In this document: piece after piece, positions 13,784 through 26,337 of the stretch
Numbering within the stretch: the first letter of the stretch is position 1
How the letters are laid out: each line of letters opens with the position of its first letter
Source: Octopus sinensis
Lineage: Eukaryota
Direction: 5' to 3'
DNA length: 64,000 nt
Assembly: GCF_006345805.1 (NCBI RefSeq)
Contig: NC_043004.1
Span: 81,406,001-81,470,000, forward strand
Notes under the pieces: model-generated
The model's input: only the letters and a program-made list of their open reading frames with translations
Databases searched by the model: none
What the model was told of the DNA's origin: nothing
Program-made: the position numbers and the translations under genes

Positions 13784-14036
13784 GTTAAGCAGTTGTGGTC
13801 GATGAAAAAGGTAGCATTAGTATCAATAATTGTTGGGGCCCTGGGAACAGTGAGCAAAAATCTTGAGAAGTACGTGGAACAAATAGGGGCTGCAATAAGG
13901 GTTGAGCACTTGCAGAAAACAGCACTGCTTGAATACGCCGGAAGGTGCTCGAAAAATAACAGGTGTTACCTTAGTTCACTGGTAGTGAACAGCTGACACT
14001 GTAGTACATCTCCAGCGTTAGAAGATGTGCAAAGGA
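13784..14036 (+). mobile_element. 5'-truncated non-LTR retrotransposon with restriction-like endonuclease (R4/Dong- or NeSL/HERO-like), C-terminus plus 3' UTR
   Basis: [49 protein letters not shown]...RKVLEK-stop, typical of RLE-LINE C-termini; flanked by (AAT)n on both sides. Confidence 0.75.
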
Positions 14037-14105
14037 AATAAATAATAATAGTAATTAATCGAAAAATACCTTGGGAATGAGAACCCAGGTTTGAAATTTC
14101 CCCAG

Positions 14106-14151
14106 GACACCTGATGAAGGCTGGAGAGTATATCAGCCGAAACGTTGTGTT
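14106..14151 (+). ncRNA. Minimal type I hammerhead ribozyme (family 1, intact)
   Basis: GACAC-CTGATGA-A-GGCTG(GAGAGTATAT)CAGCC-GAAA-CG-TT-GTGTT: stem I GACAC/GTGTT, 5-bp stem II, palindromic AACGTT in place of stem III. Confidence 0.75.
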
Positions 14152-14224
14152 AACAACAAACAAGATGAGGACAAATATCCATCAAATCTAAATAATGTAT
14201 ATAATTCCTCATCTCTTAAATATA

Positions 14225-14412
14225 TATTTCTTTATTGCCCACAAGGGGCTAAACATAGAGGGGACAAACAAGGACAGACAGAGGGATTAAGTTGATTACA
14301 TCGACCCCAGTGCAAAACTGGTACTTTATTTATCGTCCCCGAAAAGATGAAAGGCAAAGTCGACCTCGGCGGAATTTGAACTCAGAACGTAGCGACAGAC
14401 GAAATACAGCTA
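14225..14412 (-). mobile_element. 5'-truncated SINE family B with a 14-bp TSD; other copies at 10046-10238 and 15934-16139
   Basis: ATCTCTTAAATATA at 14211-14224 and 14413-14426. Confidence 0.85.
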
Positions 14413-14639
14413 ATCTCTTAAATATAGAACTGTATTAACAAAGTTTCTAAATTCATTAATTAATTAAACAAAAACAAAAAAAAACAAAAACTAAGCTGCT
14501 TTCTACTACAGGTGGGGAATGGAGTGACTGGTGAAACCTGTGTCTATAGAGAACAGGGTAGCAGGGCTGTATGGACAGGATTGGGGAGAGCGAGGTAAGC
14601 ATAATGCATGAAAAAGAGACAATGTGAGGAAGAGAAGAC

Positions 14640-15048
14640 GGATCTTTTCGGTTTGAACGGCAGTTTTTAACATAATTTCTAGGTAACTAAACACTTTTAA
14701 ACTTCGTATACTGGTAGAATGTGTTTATAAAACATCTTTTTCTCTCAGCTTTATTGAGAAAATTCTATAGTTTGTAAGATATTTGGGGTTTTTTCTTCAA
14801 TTTCTGCAATTTCAACCAATCACCGACATCTATTGAGTTAAAAAACATTCTGTGCCTTATGAATATGTCCCTCATTTAAGAAACAGATTAGGTTTATTTA
14901 CATTTGTGAAGAAAAAAAAGATACCCTTCCCCCACCCCTAACCCTAAAAGAGATTGAAATGCAATAGATCGATTCTAGGGTTATAATTATGGGTGACAAT
15001 TTCATATGACACCACTAGAAAAAACTGCTGCTCAAACTGAAAAGATCC
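14640..15048. mobile_element. Merlin-like MITE, full length, with 8-bp target-site duplication
   Basis: About 29-bp TIRs GGATCTTTTCGGTTTGAACGGCAGTTTTT; TSD GAGAAGAC at 14632-14639 and 15049-15056; GG termini with an 8-bp TSD fit Merlin, though hAT or P cannot be excluded. Confidence 0.75.
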
Positions 15049-16205
15049 GAGAAGACAAGATGTAGTTTGGTTTGTTGCAGTGGGGCAGCATTTTTCAAAC
15101 TTTTTTGTCATCACGACCAATTTTATTTATCTCACAAGACACTGAAGGATCAGGACCCACTGTTTGAAAAAACAGCTCGAGTAGGGCATGTGAAATATTT
15201 TTCTGCTACATTTTTTTATTCATTTACTTGTTTCAGATATTTGAATGCGGCTATGCTGGAGCACCGCCTTTAGTCGAACAAATCAACCCCAGGACTTATT
15301 CCTTGTAAGCCTAGTACTTATTCTATTGGTCTCTTTCGCTGAACCACAAAGTTACGGGGATGTAAACACACCAACATCGGTTGTCACGCGATTGTTGGTG
15401 GAAACAAAACGGACACACACACAAATATATGACAGGCTTCTTTCAGTTTCCGTCTACCAAATCCACTCACAAGGCTCTGGTCAGCCTGAGGCTATAGTAG
15501 AAGATACTTACCCAAGGTACCACACAGTGGGACTGAACGCGGAACCATGTGGTTGGGAAGCAAGCTTCTTACTACACAGCCACTCCTGAGCCTACTTGTG
15601 GATGGAATGTATTTATTCAAGTGTGTGTGTTTACCTTGTTTGTCCCTCCCCACTATTTGAAAACTAGCATTCCAGTGCTAGTTTGTTTACATCCATACGA
15701 CTGAGCAATTCAGCAAAAGAGACCAATAAAATAAGTACTGAACTTAAATGGAAAAAAAATTAAATATTGGACCTCAATTTCTTTGACTAAACCCCTTTAA
15801 GGCGATGCTCCAGCATGGCCAGATTCCAATGACTGAAACAAGTAAAAAATCTAAGACATCTTGCAAAGGGTATATCTGAACTGACCCCCCGCCAAGCTGG
15901 GATGGGGTGGAGACAAACAGGCCCTTAAATACTTATTTCTTTACTACCCACAAGGGGCTGAACACAGAGAGGACAAACAAGGACAGACAGAGGGATTAAG
16001 TCGATTACATCGACCCCAGTGCATAACTGGTACTTAATTTATCGACCCCGAAAGGATGGAAGGCAAAGTCGGCCTCGGCAGAATTTGAACTCAGAACGCA
16101 ATGGCAGACGAAATACGGCTTCGCATTTCACCCAGCTCGCCTTAAATACTGTAGTGGGGACACACAGGCCCTTAAATACTGTAAATATAGTAAAAGGAAT
16201 CTCAC

Positions 16206-16386
16206 TGGTTGATAAGTTTCTGTGCCACAAGTGTCGCATGTGTATGTTGCCACGGCCATCATGGGTTTCACTTCGGTCGCTCGAGTCACAATACCTTTCG
16301 CGCACACCAATTTGCCAACGCAGTCAGCTTTGATTTCTCTCACAGAAAGTTGTTTCTGGTGTGATGGTGCTCTGAAGTACACTTCA
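16206..16386 (-). CDS. MCM7: MCM7 exon 5 ([27 protein letters not shown]...[14 protein letters not shown])
   Basis: 181 nt, AG/GT borders, OB-fold and first half of the C4 zinc finger (CDTC). Confidence 0.96.
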
Positions 16387-16509
16387 CTTTTAAAAAAAAA
16401 GAAAAAAGAGGAAGAAAATAAAAATAAAAATTATAATTTTTAACAAAAACAAATTATAAAATTTCTTTAATATTGTATTTATTTTTGTGGCACAGAAAAA
16501 AAAGCACTA

Positions 16510-17020
16510 CCCAAACGCAATCAATCCCTGGGCCACCTGACTTGCTCCCATACTGGTGGCATGTAAAAAGCACCATCCAAACGTGGCCGATGCCAGTGGC
16601 ACGTAAAGAAGCACTATCCAAACATGATCAATGCTAGGGCTGCCTGACTGGCTCCCATGCTGGTGGCATATAAAAAGCACCATCAGAACACGGGCGATAC
16701 TAGTGCCTCCTGACTGGCACCTGTGCTGGTGGCACGTAAAAAGCACTGTCCAAACATGATCAATGGTAGGGCAACCTGACTGGTTCCTGTGCTGGTGGCA
16801 CATAAAAAGCACTATCCAAACATGATCGATGCCAGGGCAACCTGACTGGTTCCTGTGCTGGTGGCATGTAAAAGGCACCCATTACACTCTCGGAGAGGTT
16901 AGCATTAGGAAAGGCATCCATCTGTAAAAACATTGCCTGATCAGATTGGAGCCTGATGCAACCAGTCTTTCCAGACCTCAATCAAACCGTCCAACCTATG
17001 CCAGTATGGAAAACGGATGC
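16510..17020 (+). repeat. RTE 3' UTR fragment with about six tandem units of roughly 65 bp
   Basis: Repeated GTGCYRGTGGCACRTAAAAAGCAC cores with mutually homologous linkers; similar arrays at about 5670-5900, 12820-13060 and 20985-21140. Confidence 0.75.
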
Positions 17021-19205
17021 ATAAACGCATCCAGCACACTCTGTTAAGTGGTTGGCATTAGGAAGGGTACCCAGTAGGAGAAAACCAGCATCAATAGACA
17101 GTTCCCTGCTGGCCAGCTCCACATCAACCTGTCCAACCCATGCCAGCATGGAAATCAAAATGTTAAACGATGATGGATTTCATGGGTTGGACGGTTTGAC
17201 CTGGCTGGCAAGCTGGAAGGCTGTGCCAGGTTCCAGTCTGATTTGGCGTGGTTTTTTATGGCCGGATGCCCTCCATATTGCCAACCACTCTGAGAGTGTA
17301 ATGGATGCTTTTACATGCCACCAGCACAGGTGCCATTTGCATGACACCAGATCTGCCACAACTGCAATTTTACTTGGCTTGATGGGTCTTCTTCTCAAGC
17401 AGGACATAATGCCAAAGGTCTCGGTCGTTCATCATGACAAACCACTTCACAGAATATGTTGGATGCTTCTCACATGGCACCAGCAGAGTCACTAAATAAC
17501 TCACAAAACCAAAACCCATCAGCTGGGAGGAGGGAGTAGTAGAGATGGGTGATGATGGCTTTGTGCCAGTTGATGAGAAATTAGCAGTATAGGTGTCTTG
17601 ATATAGACAAGATATATAAATATACCAAAAAAAAAAAAACTACATCCAGACCTACATTACACTACACATGTACATCATCAATGTTTAGCATCCATTTTAT
17701 CATGCTTGCATGGGTTAGATGGAAATTTTTGAAGCAAAGTTTCTACAGCTGGATGCCTTTCCTGTTACTAACCTTAACTTGTTACCAAATGAGGTAATAT
17801 TCAAACACACACATATATATACACAAAGACAACGGGCTTCTTTCAGTTTCCATCTACCAAATCCACTCACAAGGCTTTAGTCATCCCAAGGCTATAGTAG
17901 AAGACACTTGCTCAAGGTGCCATGCAGTGGGACTGAACCCAGAACTACATGACCACACAGGCACTCCCGCACCTATAAGTGCAAATCTTGAAAAAATTTT
18001 TTATTCGTTGCCTACATAAAAATAAATGGCAGTCAGAAAAATACCCTCACTGTGAGGACAGTCACAGCAAGAGTATGTGAGGGCTGAGACCAACAGCTTT
18101 TGACAGAAACAAATTCGGATTTTAATCACTGGTTGTGCTTTTGTAGCCAAAAGCACAACCTCATATGCACTCCTTTTACTATCAAGCATTATCAGGTTTC
18201 CATCAAATGCTGGAGTTGTATACAAGATCAACCATACTCCCAATCATGCCATCGCTTTCATTCGTAATAATCTAGTAGACCTAATGATGATACCAAAATC
18301 TTGAACAGTGAACAGCTTCCGTGATATTTCAGATCTGCATTACAGGAACCTAATGGCACATACACACACACAAACATACCTTGTAATACGGGGGAGGCCT
18401 CCTGCCTCACATTTCATCATTCTGCCAGAACGAATTTTCACAGGGAACATTTCCAACATTTACCATACAGAAACAGGTTAACTCCTTATTCTTCAACCAG
18501 AACTGGCTGCAAATATCATTTGTCATTTGCTAAGCTTTTTAGTCTTTATTAAATGCATCATACAAATGTTATGCAGGTCCAACTACACAGACTAATTTGC
18601 CTTGCTATCATCATCATCAAAATTTAACATCCGTTTTCCTCGCTGGCATGGGTTACAGGGCTTGACAGGAGCTGGCATGCCACAGAGTAGCACCAAGCAC
18701 CAATTGTCTCTTTGACATGGTTTCCATGGCTGGATGCTCTTCCTAACACCAACCACTTGACAAAGTGGACTAGATGTTTTTTTTTTATACAGCATCAGCA
18801 CTAGTGATTTTTATGTACATCATCATCGTTTAACGTCTGTTTTCCATGCTAGCATGGGTTGGACGGTTCGACCGGGATCTGGGAAGCCAGGAGGCTGTGC
18901 CAGGCTTCAGTCTGATCTGGCAGTGTTTCTACAGCTAGATGCCCTTCCTAATGCCAACCACTCCATGAGTGTAGTGGGTGCTTTTTATGTGCCACCAGCA
19001 CAGGGGCCAGAGGAAGCTGGCAATGGCCACGAATGGTTGGTGCTTTTTACGTTCCACCAGTACGGAAGCCAGGCATGATGGCACTGGCAACAGCCACGTT
19101 TGGATGGTGCTTTTTACATGCCACCAGCACGGGTATCTTAACTACAATTTCCATTTGATTTCTATTTTGATGTTGGTGTTGACATACTTGACTCAGTAGG
19201 TCTCC

Positions 19206-19255
<50 letters not shown>

Positions 19256-19835
19256 GCACCATTTGAGCATGATCTGTGCTAGTGCTGCCTGACTGGCACC
19301 TGTGCAGGTGGCACGTAAAAAGCACCTACTACACTCAGGGTGCCTGGCGTTAGGAAGGGCATCCAGCCATAGAAAACCATGCCAAATCAGACAGGAGTTT
19401 AGTGCAGTCTTTCAGTATGCCAGGCCAGTCAAACCATCCAACCCATACCAGCATGGACAACAGACATTAAAGGATGCTGATATATATAGATAGATAGATA
19501 GATAGATAGATACATATATAGTTGTAAGCATTCCTTGTTTTGACATCAAGTTATGTTTGTAAAAGAGCATCATTACACAAGCAATCATGTTTTGTTTCCA
19601 GTCTTCTGTGAGCAAAGAAAATATTCCCTTGCTAGGAAGCAGGTGAAGGTTGGTGACAGGAAGGGCATCTGGCTGTAGAAAATTTGCCTCACCAAATTCT
19701 GTCTGATCCTTACAAGCATGGAAAAGTCCACAAGACAATAATGATGATGACTCTAAAAACTTCACACATTATGTGGAAATAATTCAATTTACTAGGATTT
19801 CTAGAGCCAAGAAATTTTTGTTTTTAATCACTTAC

Positions 19836-19972
19836 AATCTTCTAATCAACTCTGGTGGATATTTGTTGCGAGGGTCACGTGTGGCACTTGGTCCACCATC
19901 AGCTCGTTGATTCCTCTGTTCCATCAGCAATCGGTGCTCAATGTAAATATCGAGGACATCTTTGGATACAAC
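19836..19972 (-). CDS. MCM7: MCM7 exon 4 ([20 protein letters not shown]...[10 protein letters not shown])
   Basis: 137 nt, AG/GT borders, KDVLDxYIEHRL and YPxELxRRF motifs. Confidence 0.96.
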
Positions 19973-20654
19973 CTAAAAATAAAATGTTAAAAATTCTTTG
20001 TGGAAAAGATTTCGGTAATTTTACTTGTTTGAAGCAAAACTTTTATACATTGGAAATTTCATATTTTTTTAAAAATCCAAAATATTTATTTTTCATATAA
20101 TAAATCTAGGAGATAACGAAAAACCTTTTAAACAAGAAAGACATCTACATGGATGATGAGCTCTTTGAACACCTACTGCAAGAGGCACCCATCATTTTCA
20201 CATCCATACAAAAAGAGAAACTGCAACCATCATATATATGTGTGTGTGTGTGTAATTATACATATTGTGCCAGTGACACACGAAAGGAGCCCATGCTGGT
20301 GACACATAGAAAGTACACAGTACATTCCATGGAGTGGTTGGCTTTAGGAAGGGCATCCAGTCGCAGAAACCAAGCCACAACAGACTAGAGCAGCTCTCAA
20401 GCTTACCAGTTCTAATCAAATCACTTATCCCTTTATCATTCAAACCAACCACATCCGGCCAAAATCTTCTACCTATGTTATGTTCAATCTAACTCAATCA
20501 GGCCTCTCACACCATCATCAAGTCTTATAATAATAGACAGCAGCAAAAACTTTGAAACTTAAAGGGTTAATGATTAATGATAAAAGAGTGATAGATTAAA
20601 AAAAAAAAGATTAATGTTAAAAGAGTGACAGATTTTTAAAAAAAAATACATTAC

Positions 20655-20819
20655 CTCTCGTTCTTTGTACTCAGGAAGAAGTTCATGGACAGCATCTCCA
20701 AAGAGAGCTATATACCTGCGGGTGTTATCCACAATGCCATCTGCCAAATCAGGGTCGGATTCTGCGACATCATCAACATCTATCACCAAGGAGACTTGTT
20801 CCCGGTGTGCAAGAAGTTT
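20655..20819 (-). CDS. MCM7: MCM7 exon 3 ([25 protein letters not shown]...LLPEYKERE)
   Basis: 165 nt, AG/GT borders, MCM N-terminal domain motif LAHREQV. Confidence 0.96.
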
Positions 20820-21306
20820 CTGAAAAAAAAAAAAAGACAAAATTGGAAAGGTTCCGAATTGTTTTGTTTCCATTGATCATAAATTTGCTTTAAGTTTCTA
20901 AATTCTTGTTTTTTTTAATCCAATTTTCCACACATTATCTACTTCAAATTCTACATTAAAAATGATTATATATATCTCAGGATCCCTGGTCTGGTGGTAC
21001 GTAAAAAGCACTATCCGACTCGTGGCCAATGCCAGCGCCGCCTCGACTGGCTTCCGTGCCGGTGGCACGTAAAATACACCAATCCGACCGTGGCCGTTGC
21101 CAGCCTCGCCTGGCACCTGTGCAGGTGGCACGTAAAAAGCACCCACTACACTCACGGAGTGGTTGGCGTTAGGAAGGGCATCCAGCTGTAGAAACATTGC
21201 CAGATAAGACTGGAGCCTGGTGCAGCCTTCTGGCTTCCCAGATCCCCGGTCGAACCATCCAACCCATGCTAGCATGGAGAACGGACGTTAAACGATGATG
21301 ATGATG

Positions 21307-21552
21307 AATGGTATTTTTATGAGCTTAAAGCTTTTGGTGACCACTGTGCAATGACTAAGAAAAATAGTCTAATAAAGGGGCATATAAGCCCTCGACAGAC
21401 TTTCCTATCCGCATATGTGGGTTCAAATCCCACGTGGATAGGAAAGCCTCCTTTCTTTCTGTTGAGGGCTTATATGCCCTTTTATTAGACTATTTTTCTT
21501 AGTCATTGCACAGTGATCGCTATAAGCTTAAAGCCTATACAAAAATACCATT
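21307..21552. repeat. Fold-back palindrome (MITE-like) with a tRNA T-arm at its apex
   Basis: 58-bp arms 21342-21399 and 21458-21515 with 2 mismatches; inner stem closes on GTGGGTTCAAATCCCAC. Confidence 0.8.
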
Positions 21553-22491
21553 ATTATTATTTATAGGATTGTAAAAGTGGCACCATATAAAAAACCATTC
21601 ACACTGAAAGCATATTTTGTATGTATGTATATATATATATGTGTGTGTGTGTATATTTATATATACACACACACACACACACACACATATAGGGAGAGAG
21701 AGCGACACAGGTATGACTTGTATGGTAAGAAGTTTGCTTCCTGACAACATGGTGTGGTCCTACTGCATGGCATCGGTACTCACAGGGTCACCGAGCAACT
21801 TGCAAGACAAAACTCCTGTGCCAATTGCGAGAGATTAAAAGGTAAAGAGGGACAAGGGTAGGTATCTTGCTGTAGAGTAGATACAGGGATACCCAAGTTG
21901 AAAAAGAAAGGAGAGCAAGTTAGGGAGTAAGATAAAGAGAAAGGGTGAATAAATATCAACATACGCTAGGCCTTACTGAGGATATGACAAGTGGTCGGCA
22001 ATTTGCTGAACTTGAGAAAACACAGCAAGGTAAGTAAAATTATTGTCATCTATACAGGTGCCACAGCCACGTAAAATGCACTTGTGCTGGCGCTGTGTAA
22101 ATGCACCCATGCTGGCGGCATGTAAAGGGCACCCAACAAAATCTATAAAGTGGTTGGTGTTAAGAAGGGCATCCAGCTGTAGAAAGGGCAATTGCCACAA
22201 CAGACAACTGGTGTCTGGTCGCCTCTTGTCAAACCGTCCAACCCATGCCAGCATGAAAAATGGATGTGTGATGACGATGATAAAAAGGACTCAGCACCCC
22301 AAAGTGTGCTAACTGATGTCGGGAAAGAGAGAGAAAGTGATGATGGCAGACAGGCCAAAAGTGGATAATTCTGAGAATCCAAAGTCTGCAATTATAAATT
22401 TTTTTACAATCATCTTTAGAACAAGAAAACAAATAAGAAAAATATGGAACTTTAATGTTCACGAGATATGAATTTTAAACTTTTTACTTAC

Positions 22492-22571
22492 CAGTTGCTC
22501 AGCATAAGTGAAACGTTTTCCATTCTTATCATCAGCGCTTACAAAATCTCGAAGAAAATTCTTGATTTTCT
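22492..22571 (-). CDS. MCM7: MCM7 exon 2 (EKIKNFLRDFVSADDKNGKRFTYAEQL)
   Basis: 80 nt, ttttag acceptor and gtaagt donor, frame continuous. Confidence 0.93.
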
Positions 22572-23043
22572 CTAAAATGAAAGAAGATTTGAGTTGAGAA
22601 ATCAAACAAGGAAACAAATGGTAAATTCCACCCAACCCATACAAGCATGGAAAAGATGATGTTAAAAAAAAAGCGCAGTGGAGTCGGAGTCAGAGTCGTG
22701 GAGCTGGAGTCAAAAACAATTAAGTGATAGCTGGAGTCAGAGTCAGTAAAACTTTACTGACTCCGACTCACAATGTCCTTATTCTTCAACAAAAACAAGT
22801 TATAACATAAAGGCCTACTCAAAGTACAAGCGTATGCATATGCTGAGATATTTATTCTTTTACTTGTTTCAGTCATATGACTGCGGCCATGCTGGAGCAC
22901 CGCCCTTAGTCAAGCAAATTAACCCCAGGACTTATTCTTTGTAAGCCTAGTACTTATTCTATTGGTGTCTTTCTGCCGAACAGCTAAGTTACGGGGATGT
23001 AAACACACCAGCATCAGTTGTCAAGCGATGTTGAGGGGGACAA

Positions 23044-23093
<50 letters not shown>

Positions 23094-25812
23094 ATTATGG
23101 CTGCCCCCTCGTTATCGAGTATGGCCATTGCACGAAGCTTAACTGTTACTGGCGCTGTGGTCGAATGTGACTTTTTAGCCCAGCTAAAGATCTACAATGT
23201 CTTGTACAAAATTGGCAACTAAAACCTTTACTGGTAATAGCCGGCTGTAGTTGTAACTGGGCTTCATGTACCTTTGCATGTCGTTTAAGTCCTCCTGCCG
23301 AATTACACTCTCTTCCACATGCCCGACATATATGTATATATAAACATACGACGGGCTTCTTTCAGTTTCCATCTACCAAATCCTCTCACAAGGCTTTGGT
23401 CGGCTTGAAGCTATACTTGAAGTCACTTGCCCAAGGTGCCATGCAGTGGGACTGAACCCTGAACCATGTGATTGGTAAGCAAGCTGCTTACCACACAGCC
23501 ACTCCTGTGCCTATGCAGACCACAATCAATTACATATAAAGAGGAGTTGGAAGTGCCAATAGTAGAGGAGTCAGAGTCAAAGTCTTTAGTTTTGACTCCA
23601 CAACCCTAGTTAAAACAATGGCAGTTGACTCTGGACAATACAAACACTTTTGAGTAAAAAATTTTTAAAATCACTAACATATTCTAATATTGTTTATTGA
23701 TAAAAGGCGGCAAGCTGGCAGAATCATTAGCACCCTGGGGAAAATGCCCAGCAGCTTTCCATCCATCATTATTGTTCTGAGTTCAAATTCCACCTAGGTC
23801 AACTTTGCCTATCATCCTCGGGGGCTGATAAAATAAGTACCAGTGGCGCACTGGGATCAATGTAATCAACTTAACCCACCTCTTCAAAACATGCTGGCCT
23901 TGTGCCAAAATTTGAAACTAAAGGTGTTTATTGTTTTATTTCAAAGCAAAAATGCTAAACTTTTACCATTAAAGGAGACAAAGAGAAAGAAGAGTAAAAA
24001 CAAAAAAAATGATTGCATTGGCACAAGAGTGGCTGTGTGGTAAAAAGCTTGCTTCCCAACCACGTGGTTCCAGGTTCGGTCCCACTGCATGGCACTTTGG
24101 GCAAGTGCCGTCTACTATAGCCTCGGGCCAACCAAAGCCTTGTAAGTGAATTTGACGGAAACTGAAAGAAGCCTGTCAGATAAATATATGTATGTATGTG
24201 TGTGTGTCTGACAAGCATTGTTGGTGCGTTTACATCCCCATAACTTAGTAGTTCAGCAAAAGAGATTGATAGAATAAGAACTAGGCTTACAAAGAATAAG
24301 TCGTGGGGTCGATTTGTTCGACTAAAGGCAGTGCTCCAACAAGGCCACAGTCAAATGACAGAAACAAGTAAAAGAATTATGTGAGCCATTTTGTCAGATT
24401 TTTCAAGCACAAGGGAAGCTTTTCCGCATCATTCCAAGGCAAGTGAATTGTTACGATAGCAAACTCCTGACCTCCAAATCCATCTCTCCCTTAGCAATTC
24501 TCAACCAGGGTCCACAAAACCCTTCGAGAGCCATTTAAGATTTTGTGCAATAAATTAGTTCTACTTTATTACACAGAATGACATGTGTAAAAAGATTTGA
24601 GCGAGGTCGTTGCCAGGCCTGCCTGGCTGGCCCCCGTGCCGGTGGCACATAAAAAGCACCCACTACACTCTCGGAGTGGTTGGCATTAGGAAGGGCATCC
24701 AGCTGTAGAAACTCTGCCAAATCAAGATTGGAGCCTGGTGCGGTCATATGGTTTGCCAGCCCTCAGTCAAAATCATCCAACCCATGCTAGCATGGAAAGC
24801 GGATGTTAAACGATGATGATGATTTAAACAATTTTTAATATGATTCCTAATAATATTTAATCTTGTCCCTTACAATCCTCTCCAACTGAGCATCCCTAAT
24901 CTTGCAGGTTTGTAAGTGTTGGTGCCATGTAAAAGCACACAGTACACTGCGAAAAGTTGTCAGCATTAGGAAGGGCATCCTGCCATAGAAACCATGCCAA
25001 ATCAGACATGGAGCCTGAGCAGCAGTTCAGCTCCTGTCAAACCGTCCAACCCATAGCAGAATGGAAAACAGCCGTACGATGATATTTCTTTTTGAATGTC
25101 AAAGGGTTATTGAGGGTCCATCGAAACAGGAATTGTACAAGACCATCATTATTGTTTAACATCCGTTTTCCATGCTAGCATGGGTTGGACAGTTCGACCG
25201 GGGTCTGGGAAGCCAGAAGACTACACCAGGCTCCAGTCTGATCTGGCAGTGTTTCTACAGCTGGATGCCCTTCCTAACGCCAACCACTCCATGAGTGTAG
25301 TGGGTGCCTTTTACATGCCAGGGGAGGTGGAAATCAGTTAAAAAAAAAAAACCGTTAAGAAACACTGGTCTAGACAGAAATAACTTTGTTATGAGCCAGA
25401 CAGAGTGCAAAGAGGCATTACCCATATTTGCAAAAAAATTTCAATTCTGTTTAATCTTGACACAAGACAAACAGTTTTGGGAGGAGGAGGGGGTAAGTCA
25501 ATTAATTCAACCCCCAGATCTCATCTGGTATTATATCGATCCCAAAAGGATGAAAGGCAGAACTTGGTATTAACTTAATGTGAATGCAGAACCAGAAGAA
25601 ATGCTGCAAGCCATTTTATCCAACGCAGTAACAATTCTGCCAGCTCTCTTAATAAATGGTTTCTAGTTTAAGCAGAAGGCTCGAGATTTTGAGGGGAGGG
25701 TAAGGCTAATTACGTCGCCTTGACTCATGTGCCTTATTTTCTAAACCTCGAAAGGACAAAACGCACTGGTCACTCAGAATGTAAATAGACAGAACAAATA
25801 ATAATAATAATA

Positions 25813-26337
25813 TGACTCCTGATCTTAACTGATTGGAAGTGTTATCATGTACATAGTTTTGTCTTGGTATAAAAGATGGGCTACAGCAAATATTCTGCTC
25901 AATACCACAGATTTGCTTGTCAGTTGTTTGACCTTAACCAGTTGAGCATGTCCCTTAGTGGCTGACGATATGTGCATCTCCGATCAGGAGCAGAAGTAGT
26001 GGGGGAGCATCATAACCATGTGTTGAGAGGGATTCTTTGGGGTTTGAATGATCCACCTCTGGAAACATGGGTATTTCATTCAACATCCTTAAACAATCCT
26101 TATTCAGGGACCGTTTGAGCAGGATGGGCTACTTGACCAGAAGAAAATTCTAACTGGGCCCCACCTGCAAGGTCATATGCTGTTTATCTTGATATGAGAT
26201 CACCATGTCGCACACATGGTTGTGATGCATGTGCCTGGTGTACCCTTATCAGACGGGTTGTCATGATGGGTATACTGGGCTTTGTATATTTTACCCCAGT
26301 GTCACTTTGATGACATGCACTGCTCTCTCACTCACTC
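25813..26337. mobile_element. Interspersed repeat bounded on both sides by (AAT)n; class uncertain
   Basis: Higher-GC block of about 525 bp inserted in an (AAT)n tract; no ORF recognised. Confidence 0.35.

Larger units (their letters stand above)
13698..14432 (+). mobile_element. tRNA-head/hammerhead-tail element, copy 2 (single arm) with two nested insertions
   Basis: Head TAGTGGTTAAGAGC...AGTTCGATTCC, (AAT)n linker, intact hammerhead, tail ending CTCTTAAATATAGAACTG. Confidence 0.75.

Noticed and set aside
16510-16880. CRISPR-like array of palindromic repeats with spacers
   Set aside because: The spacers are homologous to each other, the array is part of the RTE 3' UTR, the context is eukaryotic and there are no cas genes.
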